Source of the DNA: Octopus vulgaris
Taxonomy: Eukaryota
Assembly (NCBI GenBank): GCA_951406725.2
Contig: OX597826.1
Span: 40,734,001-40,798,000, forward strand
Length of the DNA stretch: 64,000 nt
Direction of reading: 5' to 3'
Below, in pieces: positions 43,240 to 59,585 of the stretch; position 1 is the first letter of the stretch, and each line of letters begins with the position of its first letter. A program made the position numbers and the translations under genes. The notes under the pieces are model-generated. The model saw nothing but the letters and a program-made list of their open reading frames with translations, made no database searches and was not told where the DNA came from.

Positions 43240-43958
43240 TAATCACTGTTTCTCAGACGGGATTTTCCGCAGCTCGTCTCATTGACGGAGCTACTCTTCT
43301 AGATCAAGCGCAAACCGAGAAAGGGCGCTTGGCACCTGGAATATCAGCAAGCGTTCATAGTACCCCACCAGTTGGGCAATGTGGACAGTGAAAGTTCCAC
43401 GTTGGAGTTCTATAGGGGATCCCGTTATCAGCCGAGTCCATCGTGAAGATCGCCTCGCCATCTTCGTTTGGACGAGAAGGGAAGACAGTTTTCTTCTGTC
43501 TGATGACTATGTCGAAAGTGGTAATGTGGTGGATAAGTTTGAAAAACTGAAGACAGATACTATCCTCTTTGGCCAAGTCCTCGTCAACTTTTTCAAGTTC
43601 CATTTGAAAAGGAAAGTGAGTTTGGAGAGGGAAGTACTGTCACCAGTAGGTTTTTTTTTCTTTTTTTTTTTTTTTGAAAGGTGGATGAATGTGATGAAGA
43701 TGACCCGTGTAAACCGGAAGAGTTGAGAAGCAGAGAAGCACCTGCAGAGTACCCCTGACGGTCAGGGTAACCAGGATGTGTGGGATTCCTTGGTTGTCCC
43801 TTTTGGGGAATTTTATTGGTTGTCCCCCTTTGGGGGAATTTTATTCTTGAATTTATATTGTTAATTGTTCTTAAGCTTTGTGCTAAGCCCCACTTTCCCT
43901 TGTGTTGTATTGTCCCTTTTTTTTACCTTTGTGCCCTTGTACCAATAAAGAAAACAAT

Positions 43959-44001
<43 letters not shown>
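43240..44001 (+). mobile_element. L1/Tx1-like LINE remnant with 3' end
   Basis: LVNFFKFHLKRKVSLEREVLS...ERWMNV; T-rich UTR with TTGTCCC repeats, AATAAA at ~43944, (ATC)n tail. Confidence 0.7.
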
Positions 44002-44002
<1 letters not shown>

Positions 44003-44199
44003 GTTCTGCTTTCGCTTTTATTTGTAAAAGCCGTACCAAAGTCTCAACTGGAGACGTCAAGAGACAACAAGATTTTAGCATCTAAAGGTATTAACAGGTG
44101 AGATGCCATGCAATTGTGAAAATGATGTCTACGTGCGAAAAAAATATCTTTATAAAATTTATAACACTGAACGAGTAGGATAGCATTCACATGAATGGG

Positions 44200-44770
44200 A
44201 ATTTATATAAAATATATGCGGTATCTGTATGTACCATCTTTTACAATTCACCTATTTGAGAGTCGCCAGGAATTCGATCTATGTATTTGTTTGCTTGTAT
44301 GCTTTTTTTTTTCATTCTAAATGCCCCAACAACAATAGGTAATGTTGTTGCTCTGAGATGCCACACCTTTCTAATTTCTGACTCCATGTCTTTATATTTG
44401 CTCAATTTTTCCAACGTTTCCAGAGATGTGGTTTTGTCCGCAGGAGCTGAAACATCTATATGAAATAACGTATCTTTTCAACAGGATTTTCCACAATGAT
44501 ATCTGGTCGGTTAGCCTGAATTTCCCGAATAGTCTAAAACTGAAATTCCAAAGGATGATAACTTCAGCAATCTGCATAACTAGTGGTGTTTATTCCCACC
44601 AATTATTTTTTTACGGTTTGACAAATTGACTAGTGTATGTACTGAGCTGCACTGTCATATCCTCACGAGTACTCCGTTGGTGCAAGCTGACCGTATCTAG
44701 AGATTATGTGAACGATTGTCTATGAATGTTCTCTATACACAAGAGTCAGCCATGAATAGGTAGGGCTTTC
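44200..44770 (-). mobile_element. Dong/R4-clade REL endonuclease remnant
   Basis: IILWNF...REIQANRPDIIVE...DVSAP...KLSKYKDMESEIRKVW...LPIVVGA. Confidence 0.8.
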
Positions 44771-45088
44771 GTCTACATTTGAGTCCCAGGCTCGAATTCA
44801 ATAAATAGTTTTTGCTCTCATTTCTTCATAGCGTGTTGAATGCTGATTAATTTCCCTACAGTTTTTTTTCCAGTTGGGGACACATTTTCTTCGGGTACTG
44901 GTTTCCCTTCGCTGAGTATATTTTTGAATCTTCACGTTTGCGAACATTATTGTTATCATCATTATTATCGTTGTTATTGTTATCATTTTTTCATATCTAT
45001 ACATACATATCTACCTATATATCTACATATATACATATATATATGCATATTTATATATTCATATACATATATACATATACACATACGT

Positions 45089-45165
<77 letters not shown>

Positions 45166-45647
45166 TACGTATATATATATACACATATACATATACATGA
45201 ATATATATATATGCACATATGTTTACATATACATATATATACATATATACATGCATATATACATACATATATATATATATATGTATGTATATGTGCCCAT
45301 ATTTATAAACATATATATATATCATGTGTGCATGTATTGCAGATATACCTGTGTGTATGCGTTAATGCATGTGTGAATGTGGGTGCGTATGCAGTTTTTA
45401 TATTTGTACAATATGTGAGCCCCTCCATCGCTATCCTCCTCTTGTAACAACATTTTAAGTGCAAGTAGCTTATCTAGATATTTTACTGCCGTTCAGCGGT
45501 TGACATGTTGCACATCAATGACCTCACTCACCTTAATGATCTGAACGACCTCCAAAGTCTAGTTAAAACTATAAATCAACGAGGATATACACAAAACAAG
45601 CTTCAGGATTGATGTTATATATTTACCTATGTTTATAAAGATACATG

Positions 45648-45691
<44 letters not shown>

Positions 45692-45708
45692 CCTACGTAA
45701 AAAGAGGC

Positions 45709-45759
<51 letters not shown>

Positions 45760-45820
45760 ATATATATATTTAGATATATATATAAATATATATACACAAT
45801 ACAGGCGTATACATGTATTC

Positions 45821-45869
<49 letters not shown>

Positions 45870-45945
45870 CATACAAATATTTCTCTCTATATATATACAT
45901 ACATATATATATAAATATAAGCATATATGTATATAAATATATGTA

Positions 45946-45983
<38 letters not shown>

Positions 45984-46082
45984 TACATATATGCATAAAT
46001 GTATATATTTAAGCATATATGCATGTATATATATATATGTACATATATATATATATATATGATGTGTATATATATATATATG

Positions 46083-46114
<32 letters not shown>

Positions 46115-46239
46115 GTGCATGTTAGTGTTTATACATATACATATATACATATATATAGTGTGTATTTACATATATATATATATGCATATATATACATACA
46201 TACATATATTCATATATATATATAATTGCAAACATGTAT

Positions 46240-46284
<45 letters not shown>

Positions 46285-46291
46285 TATATAC

Positions 46292-47563
<1,272 letters not shown>

Positions 47564-48297
47564 TACATATTTACATGCATATACTTATACACATATATAC
47601 AGAGTTAGGACGGTCTTTGAGAACTGACTTATGGTTTTAAAAAACGCTTATATAATAACAGAAAAAAACTATATTTTTATAAAAGTAAGATATACATAAA
47701 GCTAGATTATTAATTTAATAATTTCATTCAATAAAACGACCATAAGCATCAATAACTACCCCTACGCTGAGTTGAAATCGTTTACAAGCTCGGATTAAGT
47801 GGTCTCTTTTCATATTGGACACAACTCGAACTATGGCAACTTTCAAAGGATCGTTGGTGCTATGCATTATATATATATATATTATATAAAGGAACGTAGC
47901 ACTCCCTCGGCTACGCCGGCGAGGCTTCCAGTTGATCCGATCAACTGAACATCCTGCTCAAAACCGCGGGTCTGCTGCCCTAACCCCTGGACCAATTCGC
48001 CTCCTCATACGTTGTATATATATATATATATATATATAATAATATATATATATATATATATATCTCTATAGTATATCTCTATAGAAAGATGAATATATAT
48101 ATATATATATATATAAAACAGCACGGTTGATATATATATATATATATGTATGTATGTATGTATACCAAATCGATATATATATATATAAATAGAAAGTTAA
48201 ACAGAAAGGGAGAATATGTATATATGTATGTTTGTTCTGCTTGTTCTGTGTTTTCCAAATATATATGGTCCATATATATTTGTCCTAACATATAGAA

Positions 48298-48352
<55 letters not shown>

Positions 48353-48466
48353 CATACATACATATATACATATATACATACATGCATACATATACATGCA
48401 TACATATATATATATGGAAAAAAATTCAAGACAGAAAATGCTAAAGTAATTTTATAAAAAACATTT

Positions 48467-48502
48467 CAGTACCGGTTTCAGTCATTGAGACTCTTTCGAC
48501 TG
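48467..48502 (-). ncRNA. Minimal hammerhead-like motif with atypical core
   Basis: CAG-TCGAAAG-AGTC-tcaat-GACT-GAAAC-CG-GTA-CTG; stem I CAG/CTG, stem II AGTC/GACT, palindromic stem III ACCGGT. Confidence 0.45.
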
Positions 48503-48652
48503 TAAGTATGGAAAACAATTAAATTTTGGAAAAATTGGAAGAAAAGTTTTTTTAAAAGAACATTTTCATAATGCTCAAATACAAATGGCATTTTCCTTGG
48601 TTCTGTCTATCTCTTTCTCTATATATATAACATTCTGGGGTTAAAATAGGTG

Positions 48653-48917
48653 TTTAGGCAAGGCAAACATCTCAAGTCACATACGATATAATTACAGGAA
48701 GAAATTCAAAATCTTACAGCTCCTTATTCTCTTACACCCTTCCTCTATGTTATCATCTTATAAATATATACCATTCTCATTTTCCATATTTTCCCTCCAA
48801 TTTGTCTCTGATGACGGAATATACCACACTCGAGGATATCCCAGAAACTGCTGTAAGATTTTGAATTTTTTCCTGTAATAATATCGTATATGACTTGAGA
48901 TATTTGCCTTACCTTAA
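48653..48917. mobile_element. PLE-type insert with ~68-bp inverted terminal duplication
   Basis: 48653-48720 is the reverse complement of 48850-48917 with about 6 mismatches. Confidence 0.8.
48805..48858 (+). ncRNA. Minimal type I hammerhead motif
   Basis: TCT-CTGATGA-c-GGAATAT...ATATCCC-a-GAAAC-tgct-GTA-AGA; intact CTGATGA/GAAA/GUA. Confidence 0.7.
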
Positions 48918-49426
48918 TGTTTGACGTCCTGTTCAACAAATATATATATATACATATATCCATATATATATATACATATATGTATATCTATATATATACA
49001 TATATATATATACATACATTCATATGTGTGTATTTATGTATGCATATATATATATATATATATATATATGCGCATGCATATAAGAATATACTTACGAATG
49101 CGTGTATATATATTTCTTAGATCACAAAACAATTGTTATTGTATCAAATACAACCTTGTTAAGGCTCCCTTGTTTTCCTAATAACATCCGTCTGTGTGTC
49201 TTCCTCTATTTTTACGGCCCACCCCTTCCACTCGCACCCTCCATTCCCATATAAAAAACACTTGTTGTTGGACCCTCTACATCTGAACCTGATGAATAAC
49301 GATAACCTTCTGTGATTCATTACAGTACCTCGTACCAAAGCGCTCCCTTGACCTGTACCGTATTCTTTCCATCATGCTTAGAACACCACAGGAACAGACG
49401 CTATTATGTGTGTATGTGTGTGTATT

Positions 49427-49464
<38 letters not shown>

Positions 49465-49487
49465 CATGCGTATATATATACACATAC

Positions 49488-49529
<42 letters not shown>

Positions 49530-49551
49530 GCGCATATATATGTACACATAC

Positions 49552-49589
<38 letters not shown>

Positions 49590-49750
49590 CGTATATATGA
49601 ATATATATATATATATATTACACAAATATATTGCACAAATATTACAAATATATTATATATATAAACGTATATATATATATATATTTACATATATATAATA
49701 TATATATACGCGTATATATATATATGTATGTATGTATACATACATTATAT

Positions 49751-50130
49751 AGGAGTGGCTGTGTGTTAAGTAACTTGCTTATCAACCATATAATTCTGGG
49801 TTCAGTCCCACTACGTGGCACCTTGGGCAAGTGTCTTCTATTATAGCCTCTTTGGTTGACTCGAGGCTTGTGAGTGGATTTGGTAGACGGAAACTGAAAG
49901 AAGCCCGTCGTATGTGTGTGTATGTCTGTGTCTGTGTCTATGATTCCCCCCCCCCCCAACATCGCTTGACAACCGATGCCGGTGTGTTTATGTACCATAA
50001 CTTAACGGTTCGGCAAAAGGGAACGATAGAATAAGTATTAGGATTACAAAGAGTAAGTCCTGTGGTCGATTTACTCGACTAAATGGAGTGCTCCAGCATG
50101 GCTACAGTCAAATGACTGAAACAAGTAAAA
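49751..50130 (+). mobile_element. SINE family 1, full length
   Basis: Matches 58434-58847. Confidence 0.88.
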
Positions 50131-50177
50131 GTGTAAATGCATATTATACAAATATATTATATATATGTAACATATGG

Positions 50178-50690
50178 TTAGTTAGTTAGTTAGTTAGTTA
50201 ATTAATTTTTGCCTCAAAAAGCAAAAAGCAAGGCCATGTAGGGGGACATGGAGTTATGTATAGGGTAGTGTTCATGTAACGAGTTCAGGCCACTTAAGGT
50301 CAAGGGAGACTTTGAACAAAGAGGTCGTCGGCATCTTCACCATCTCATCTGGCAGCTTGTTCCACGGATCCGCAACCCGGACGGAGAAAGCCCCTCTCCT
50401 TCGATTGAGATGAAATCGTCGCAGATAGAGCTTTTCGGAATGACCCCGCAGCCGACACTCTGGAGCAGGAGTGAAGAACAGCTCTTTCGAGAGGTTACAC
50501 TTTCTGCTTATGATGTTGTGAGCGAGAATGAGATCACCACGGCGGCGGCGTTTTTCTAGAGAATAAAGGTCGAGCGTCTTCAGCCTTTCTTCATAAGACA
50601 AATTCTTGAGACCATGAACCATGCGGGTAGCCAGCTTCTGGACTCTTTCGAGATGTTGTATGTCTTTGAGGAGATAAGGAGAAGAGGCTT
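50178..50690 (-). mobile_element. CR1-clade LINE 3' end
   Basis: SPYLLKDIQHLERVQKLATRMV.GL...YEERL..LDLYSLEKRRRRGDLI...RGH...FSVRVADPWNKLP; (CTAA)n tail. Confidence 0.9.
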
Positions 50691-51009
50691 GATAATTATG
50701 AACAGGGCATATTTTAGACATTTCTCTGCAGACTGAAATTAGTAATGGACAGCGTTAGTCAATTTTCGAATCTAATTAGGTTCTCATTAGAGGCGTCCAC
50801 ATCATTCTGACAGTCTCCAAAAAAAAAAAAAAACAAGCAGCCAAACTGTTTATATACTCAACAAATGCTGCAGTCACTCTATGAAGGAATCCCAAATTTG
50901 CATGCCGAAAGTGTTTAATTCCCTATAAATACTAGCAGTCTGTCATATACAATGCATATATATATTATACATACACATGTCCATATATACGAGCAAAACT
51001 CTTAAATCG

Positions 51010-52270
51010 TCTAAATGACCAGTGAAGGATAACAAACGATCCCACCTCAAACAAACTTTGCTCGAGATCGAAAATGAACTCTAACACTCCCATGAAAAGG
51101 AGAGGGCAGAATAGGAGGCCAGGGCTGTCAAAAATATGAAGACAAACCGTAAAGACTTCTATAGGTATGCAAAATAAATCTGCTTCAGTACGGTACAAAA
51201 TAGTGTCACTATTTGAAGAAAATGGTTCACCGACTGCAGACCCGCAGCGGATCAGTTAAATAATGAATATGCAATACAAGAGTGCTTTCACCATTCCACT
51301 GGGACACTTGCAAGTAGCTATGCTTGATGAGTTCTTTGGCTCCACAGATCTACACAACAAAATGGCAATTATTGATAGCATCAACATAGAGGAAACTGCT
51401 GTGATATCAGCCATTAATGAGATGAGCTCAAACTCAGCAAGAGACCCTGATGAATTCCCAGTAATTCTCCTAAAGAAATGCAAAGGGGCTCTAGCAAGAC
51501 CACTTCAGATTCTCTTTCAGAGCTTCCTCACAACAGAGAGACTTCCCAAAGAGTTAAAGGAAGGCATAATATGCCCTATCCATAAGGGAGGTAGCAGAGC
51601 AGATGCTAAGAATCATAGACCTGTCAGCAAAGGCATGAAGCGCATTGTCAGGAAGAAACTAATTGCGTTCTTTGAAGATAATGGCTTGCTTCCTGACATT
51701 CAGCATGGCTTTCGCTCAGGAAGAAGCTGCCTTATACAGCTTTTGCAACACTATGCCTGAATGTTGAAACAATTAATGAATCGCTCAAACGTGAAAGTGA
51801 TATATTTCGACTTTGCAAAGGCCTTTGATAAGGTTGATAATGGGATGATACGTCACAAACTAAGGAAACTCGGCATTGCTGAGAAACTCGGAGAGTTGTT
51901 GCATGACTTCTTAAAAGACATATGCTAGGCTGTAGCAGCCAACGAAGCCCTCTCCACGAAGACATTAATAGAAAGTGGAGTACCTCAGGGAACTGTATTG
52001 GGGCCGCTGCTGTTCATGGTGGCTCATTCAGACATGCCATTAGTTATACAGACAGGCACACTTACTAACTATACTGACGACACAAAAGTAGTACAAGCAG
52101 TGAAGGAACCTTCTAATGCCAATCTTCTACAGAAAGACATAGATGCCATATATAAATGGGCGGAGGAGAACAACATACAATTTAATGCAGGCAAATCCCA
52201 AGCTCTTCGCTACCAGTTAACTGGTGTCCGGAAGTCACAACAACGATACTTTGGACCAAAAGAAGCCGTT
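51010..52270 (+). pseudogene. Decayed CR1/L2-group RT
   Basis: ICPIHKGGSRADAKNHRPVS; QHGFRSGRSCLIQL; DFAKAFDKV; [14 protein letters not shown]; YTDDTK. Confidence 0.88.
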
Positions 52271-52570
52271 GCACACTTGTCAACGTTTGAACGAAGCTTT
52301 TGCACATTTGTCACGGCCAAATTTCATATTGATATCATTACTGGGCGGTTTTTTTTTTTCAGTTTCTAGTAGCCCTTTCAGATCCTCATCATCTTTTGTA
52401 TATAATTTCAGATCATCCTTGTAGAGCCAGAGTGAGATGATCTTGTCAAACATTTTGCAGTCGTAATTTGTTCTACTCAGTTCGTGAGACATGGGAATGG
52501 GGGAAAGACAGAAGAGGAGAGGGGAGAGTAAATTTCCCGGGAATATTCCACGGTTTTGATGTTCTCTGAC
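52271..52570 (-). mobile_element. Dong/R4-clade RT core fragment
   Basis: RGIFPGNLLSPLLFCL...LYKDDLKLY...DINMKFGRDKCAK. Confidence 0.8.
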
Positions 52571-52592
52571 ACATATTATTATTATTATTACG

Positions 52593-52654
<62 letters not shown>

Positions 52655-52714
52655 CATCATTATCATTATTGATATTATTATAATTATTGTTGTTGTTGTT
52701 GTTATTTTATTTAT

Positions 52715-53990
52715 AATCTACATGCTTGTTACAGTCACTTGCCGAGACAAACCCAGCGACCTGGGGCGAGTGAAGGATAAGAAATGCTACAGTATGACTA
52801 AAAGTTTGGTGAGGGGAGGTAGCGAAATATCTACGTGTAATACATCACAGACATTTAAATGGGTTTTTCTAAGGATGTGGGCAGTACTTGTCGGCACAAT
52901 TTTTTGGATTTCTCTGAGACATGTTTCTCCTGGGATCTTGTCTAGATGTTTCTGACACCCCTTATCATACCTAGGGCACCTACAATAACAGAACAGTTCT
53001 CGTTTTAAAATGTCTCATATTTTGTATTTCAATTTCCAGGCCCTTATATTTACTTAGTTTGTCAAATTCCGTGACAGATATATTTTTATCAGTAGGAACA
53101 CTTATATCTATTAATTTACAAATAATTTCTTCACTGTTTAATAATTATGTCTGGTCGATTAGCCTTGACAGTTCTGTCAGTGTTGACTGGAAAATCCCAG
53201 AGGATAGTGACATTTTTACCTTCAGCGACTGGCTCAGAATGGTGTTCGTACCAGTAAGTAGGAGTGCTGATTTTGTACTGTTTCATATTTTCTAATGTAA
53301 CTATTGTACTACCCTATCATAGTGATTTTTATATTCGTTTGGTGTCAGCACAGGACATTCTGAGACGAGATGGTCTATTGTTTCGTCAAATGCGTCGCAG
53401 AATCTACATTTAGAGTCAAAACCGTTTTGAAGAACGTAGCCTGGTATCTTTTTTTTTTTTTTTTTGTAGCAACCTTTGATCTTGTGCCTCTAATATGAAA
53501 CCTTCAGTCTCTTCATTCAGTCCTGAACATCTCAGTCACTGATGGGTTAATTGATTGATCTACATCAGCATTTCGACTTCGAAGTATATACTATCCATGC
53601 AAAGGCTTCTGGCTCCACCACACCTCAATTTGTTTCTGCCCGTTTTCTTTTTATTTGCAGTCTACTTGATCCATTTTGCATGTTTTGTGGCTGTGGTTTC
53701 GGGTTCTTCAACTATTTCAGGGTTAACACCAAGTTCCCTTGCGAATTTGCAAGTTTTCTTTACAATAGAATGCGAGTTTTTGCTGCTCTCGTATTTGCAC
53801 ACCAATCGCAGCGTCCAGTCCTCTGAACTAGATAAGTACCTTTTCATTGCTATTGTGGACGTCTTATAGCACAATTCTACCTGCATCGTTTCTCTTCCCC
53901 CGTTACTTCTAGGTAGGTACAGACGATCAGCATCTGCTTTTAGGTGGTGCATCTTAGATGTTAGTATTTTTCTTGACTTCCTGTTCAGGC
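52715..53990 (-). mobile_element. Dong/R4-clade LINE 3' portion (thumb, CCHC, REL), decayed, with (TAA)n tail at 52573-52710
   Basis: HHLKADADRLYLPRSNGGR; CRFCDAFDETIDHLVSEC; ILWDFPV...RPDIII...IDISVP. Confidence 0.85.
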
Positions 53991-54076
53991 CTTAAATTCG
54001 CCTTAAATGGTCCCTTTGCATACTGAACACTTGGTGAAATTGATTAATAATTAATTAATTTTACCCTCAATTGTTG

Positions 54077-54122
<46 letters not shown>

Positions 54123-54239
54123 CATTAATAGGATTTCTGAAAAACTGCTAAGATGCAGTGGGAATGTATTTGAGTAATCGTTAACCATATTAATAACTAT
54201 AATTTACCTTAATGTACGGATGAATTAACCGCAAACTTT

Positions 54240-54355
54240 GATCCCACTGCGTGGGACCTTGGGCAAGTGTCTTCTACTGTAGCCTCTGGCCGACCAAACC
54301 CTTGTGAGTGGTTTTGGTAGCTGGAAGCTGAAAGAAGCCCGTCGTTTACATGTAC

Positions 54356-54405
<50 letters not shown>

Positions 54406-54552
54406 TTGTGTTTGTGTATGTGCTCTCCCACCATTTGAAAACCGGCGGTGCTGCGTTTACATCTCCATCACTCAGCGGTTCGGCATATGAGACAGATAGA
54501 ATAAGTACCAGTACTCCAGCATGACTGAAGCAAGTAAAAGATAAAAGATAAA

Positions 54553-54553
<1 letters not shown>
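54240..54553 (+). mobile_element. SINE family 1, internally deleted
   Basis: Matches family head and tail. Confidence 0.8.
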
Positions 54554-54554
<1 letters not shown>

Positions 54555-54633
<79 letters not shown>

Positions 54634-54645
54634 TGTATGTATATA

Positions 54646-54738
<93 letters not shown>

Positions 54739-54754
54739 TGTATGTGTATGTATG

Positions 54755-54817
<63 letters not shown>

Positions 54818-54822
54818 ATATG

Positions 54823-54873
<51 letters not shown>

Positions 54874-55021
54874 TGCATTTCGGGATGGTCATGTTCTTCT
54901 TTTTTTGCCAACACAAATTCGTATATGTATATATATATTGTAAAAGGTAAAATATTCACCACTTAAAAGTGGATGTTGAAATTCTCAGAAATTCTCCGGT
55001 GTGTGTATGTGTGTGTGTAAC

Positions 55022-55057
<36 letters not shown>

Positions 55058-55492
55058 CGTGCGTACGTGCGCACGTGTACATGTTCGTATTTATATGCTG
55101 TTTGTCTGTCTGTGACGATTTGTACGTATGTATATGTGCATGCTTTATTCTTCTTTGTGTATTACGACAAATCTGCAAAACCACTGAATTTTTAAAAAAT
55201 TTATTTACTGTCAACCAACCTCCATACAGCGTCACCCACTTTCTATGGGGGAATAACTTTAAAACATTCCAGCAGTTCATTAGTTAATCAAACAATGTAT
55301 ATCAATGCATCTAACATACACATATATATACATATATATACAGACACACATATATACATATATATATACATTTACACATATACATACGTACATATAGATA
55401 CATATACCATGTATATACATACGTATATATATTACGTTTAAATAAAAATGTATATATATTTCTTACATATATTTATATTCGTATACATATAT

Positions 55493-55523
<31 letters not shown>

Positions 55524-55764
55524 CATACATATATACATACATACATACATACAGACATACAGACATATATACTCACATACACATATACATATACAACACA
55601 CACACACATATATACATGCATGTATATATCTATATATATATAATATATATATTTAATATATATAAATATACATATATATATACACATGTATACACACACA
55701 CACATATACATACACAACACAACACACATATATACATGTATGTATATAAATATATATATGTATG

Positions 55765-55832
<68 letters not shown>

Positions 55833-55898
55833 TACATATATACATATATATATACATATATATTTATATACATATATACATATATATATATTATATAC

Positions 55899-55929
<31 letters not shown>

Positions 55930-55958
55930 TATATATATATACACACATATACATATAT

Positions 55959-56049
<91 letters not shown>

Positions 56050-56562
56050 TATATTTTATACAATAATGACATTTCAGGAATCACAGTTTTGACAGTATTT
56101 TTCCTCTCTCTTCCTTTTCTCATTCTTCGCATTTATATTTCTTTTATTAATTTATCTTTTTATTTTTTATTTATTATTTTTGTAAGGATTTTACTGAACA
56201 GTCACAAAAGAAGGCAACAATTTGGCGATTCCACAATTTGGTAAAATTAGTTCGTTCTGCAAAAGTTCCTAGGCATTTCCTTTGAAATTGACGTTCGTCA
56301 TTTGTATTTTTTCCTTATTTTTGTATTTTCATTGTGTTTACATTTCGTTTCTATAATTTAACTGTCTTCTTCTCTTATTCTATTTTTTGGGGTTTGTTCA
56401 CGGAAAATAGATAAATGCAAGTAGTTGCATCTCGTGTACCTGGCTATACATATGATTATCCATGTACTCCATAGTCATCAATATTATATATATTTGCATG
56501 TATATGTGTACATATGTGTGTGTATGTGTGTGTTTGCATGGGTGTATATCTGCGTGTATATT

Positions 56563-56615
<53 letters not shown>

Positions 56616-56775
56616 GTTTGCGCGCAGGTATACATATATGTATGTACATATATATATATACGTATATCTGTATCTACATACGTATACATGAACGTATATC
56701 TATATGTACATATGTATATATATATATATGAATATATACATATGTATATATATATATGAATATATATATATGTAT

Positions 56776-56838
<63 letters not shown>

Positions 56839-56932
56839 GTATACATGTGTGTGTGAAATATATATACAGATATATGTGAATATGTATATGTACATATACA
56901 TATATACATAATATATATACATGTATATATGC

Positions 56933-56965
<33 letters not shown>

Positions 56966-57555
56966 CATACATATATATATATATTTTTATATACATACGC
57001 ACACATATATTAACATATATATATTTAATATATATATATATACATATATAGACATTTTTACATTCATATATATACATTCATATATTTATACATACATAAA
57101 TATACTATAAATGTATAAGATATATACACACATATACATAGATGTATGTATGTATGTGTATAAGTATGCTTGTATGTATGTATGCGCATATGTATATATG
57201 TACATACATACACATGCGTACATATCTAAATATGGTGATACATTTCTCGGCATATATTAGTATTATATGCATGAAAATATATGCACATGTACATATATAC
57301 GTATATATAAATAGATATGTATACTATCTACGTATGCCGTTAAATAATATGTATATGATGAACATATTTTACACACGTCTTGATATACTTAGAGATAAGC
57401 ATATTTCATACTCCTAAATAAATATATGCATGTACGTACATCTGTATGTAAGAATATGTGTATGTGTGTGTGTGTAAATATATACGTAAATGATATATAC
57501 ATATATATAAACATATATGTATGCATATCTATATATACATATATGTATGCATATC

Positions 57556-57627
<72 letters not shown>

Positions 57628-57800
57628 TATGTATGCATGTATATATTTATATATATATACACATATAAATATATATATATGTACATGTATATATATACAT
57701 GTATTTATACATATACATTATATATGCACATATGCATGTATATATATATATATATACACATACATATGTATGTATGCATGTATGTATGTATGTATGTATG
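54555..57800. repeat. Extended degenerate TA/CA/TATG microsatellite field (a similar field lies at 44995-46400)
   Basis: Alternating purine-pyrimidine low-complexity sequence with short unique interruptions. Confidence 0.9.
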
Positions 57801-58015
57801 TATACTGTGGTGCTGTGCACCTATAGGTATCCGTCAATTTGTATTCAGCTCCGACGCCCACACATGTTGTGGCCAACCTGTTCGTCCTTTTCCCTTCTTA
57901 TTCTCCATAAATTCTGTCTCCTGGAAAAGAAAATGAAAGACCAACGCATTATTGGACTGTTAGACACAGAAAACATACGCATACCCACACTTTCACTCAC
58001 ACTCACATGCACGCA

Positions 58016-58047
<32 letters not shown>

Positions 58048-58433
58048 ACGTACATATATTCAATACGCATATACGTACGAATATTCAAACACATACACGT
58101 CTATAACAACGTCTGTATATTTTTATTTAATGTATGTATGTGTGTATGAGTGTATGACTGTGCTTGTTGATGACTGTGTGCGTGTGTCTGCGCGCGCGCG
58201 TGTATGTAAGTGCGTGTGAGTTCATATAAATTATCGTTTACGAATTAATGATATTTATGCATTATCATAGTATAGTTTCAAATACCGATATAATGCTACA
58301 TTTACCGAGATACATATATACATATATACATGAATACATACATGCACATATTGAGATATATACATAAAATATGTATATCTATGTAATATATATAACATAC
58401 TATAATATGCACGAATGTGAAATATATATATAT

Positions 58434-58845
58434 ACTCTTTACTCTTTTACTTGTTTCAGTCATTTGACTGCGGCCATGCTGGAGCACCGCCTTTAGTCGA
58501 GCAAATCGACCCCGGGACTTATTCTTTGTAAGCCCAGTACTTATTCTATCGGTCTCTTTTTGCTGAACCGCTAAGTGACAGGGACGTAAACACACCAGCA
58601 TCGGTTGTCAAGCGATGCTAGGGGGACAAACACAGACACACAAACATACACACACACACTTATATATATATATATACATATATACGACAGGCTTCTTTCA
58701 GTTTCCGTCTACCAAATCCACTCACAAGGCATTGGTCGGCCCGGGGGCTATAGCAGAAGACACTTGCCCAAGATGCCACGCAGTGGACTGAACCCGGAAC
58801 CATGTGGTTGGTTAGCAAGCTACTTACCACACAGCCACTCCTGCG

Positions 58846-58847
<2 letters not shown>
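58434..58847 (-). mobile_element. SINE family 1, best-preserved full-length copy
   Basis: Head GGCGCAGGAGTGGCTGTGTGGTAAG...GGGTTCAGTCC (A/B boxes), central (TA/TG)n, tail GCATGGCCGCAGTCAAATGACTGAAACAAGTAAAAGAGTAAAGAG. Confidence 0.9.
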
Positions 58848-58883
<36 letters not shown>

Positions 58884-58900
58884 TGTATAAATGTACATAG

Positions 58901-58972
<72 letters not shown>

Positions 58973-58974
58973 AG

Positions 58975-59103
<129 letters not shown>

Positions 59104-59104
59104 T

Positions 59105-59303
59105 AACGGGAAGATTTACGAAAATAAACAAAAGACGAAGGCAGGTGGAGTACAAACAAACAATGCATTAGTATGGCGCTCAGGAATAGAAATAAAACAA
59201 GTCTTTTACGTTTCGAGCCTACGCTCTTCGACAGAAAGATACACAGAAAAGAAACAAAGAGAGAAAAAAATTGCGTGTAGGGGCTAACGATTCAACATGG
59301 CGT
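59105..59303 (-). mobile_element. Family A pLTR-like repeat with hammerhead-like motif at 59202-59239
   Basis: TCTTT-CTGTCGA-A-GAG-cgtagg-CTC-GAAAC-GTA-AAAGA; homologous to 362-560. Confidence 0.6.
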
Positions 59304-59365
59304 TATATATATATATATTTATATATATGCTTGTGTGTGTGTTTGTGTGTATGTATGTCTTTTTG

Positions 59366-59585
59366 TTTGTGTTTGTCCTCCAGCACCGTTGAACACCCAC
59401 TGTCGGTGTGCTTATGACCCTGTAAATTAGCGGTTCGGTAAATGGTACCGATATAATAAGTACCAGGCTTTGAAAAAATATGAAAAGTACCGGGATCTAT
59501 TCGCTCCCATAAAACAGTTTAAGGCAGTGCCCCGACATGGCCACAATCTAATGACTGGAATAAGTAAAAAGTAAAGGATAAAGAT
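59366..59585 (+). mobile_element. SINE family 1, diverged 3' half
   Basis: TTAGCGGTTCGG...ATAAGTACCAGGCTT...CATGGCCACAATCTAATGACTG. Confidence 0.7.

Noticed and set aside
44030-44170. Possible PLE RT scrap (ILLSLDVSS), also QRGY near 45585 and a GIY-YIG-like tail at 8830-9790
   Set aside because: Single short motifs with stops; not enough support.
49289-49325. CTGATGA followed by a hairpin (also CTGATGA near 20036)
   Set aside because: No GAAA/stem III/NUH partner.
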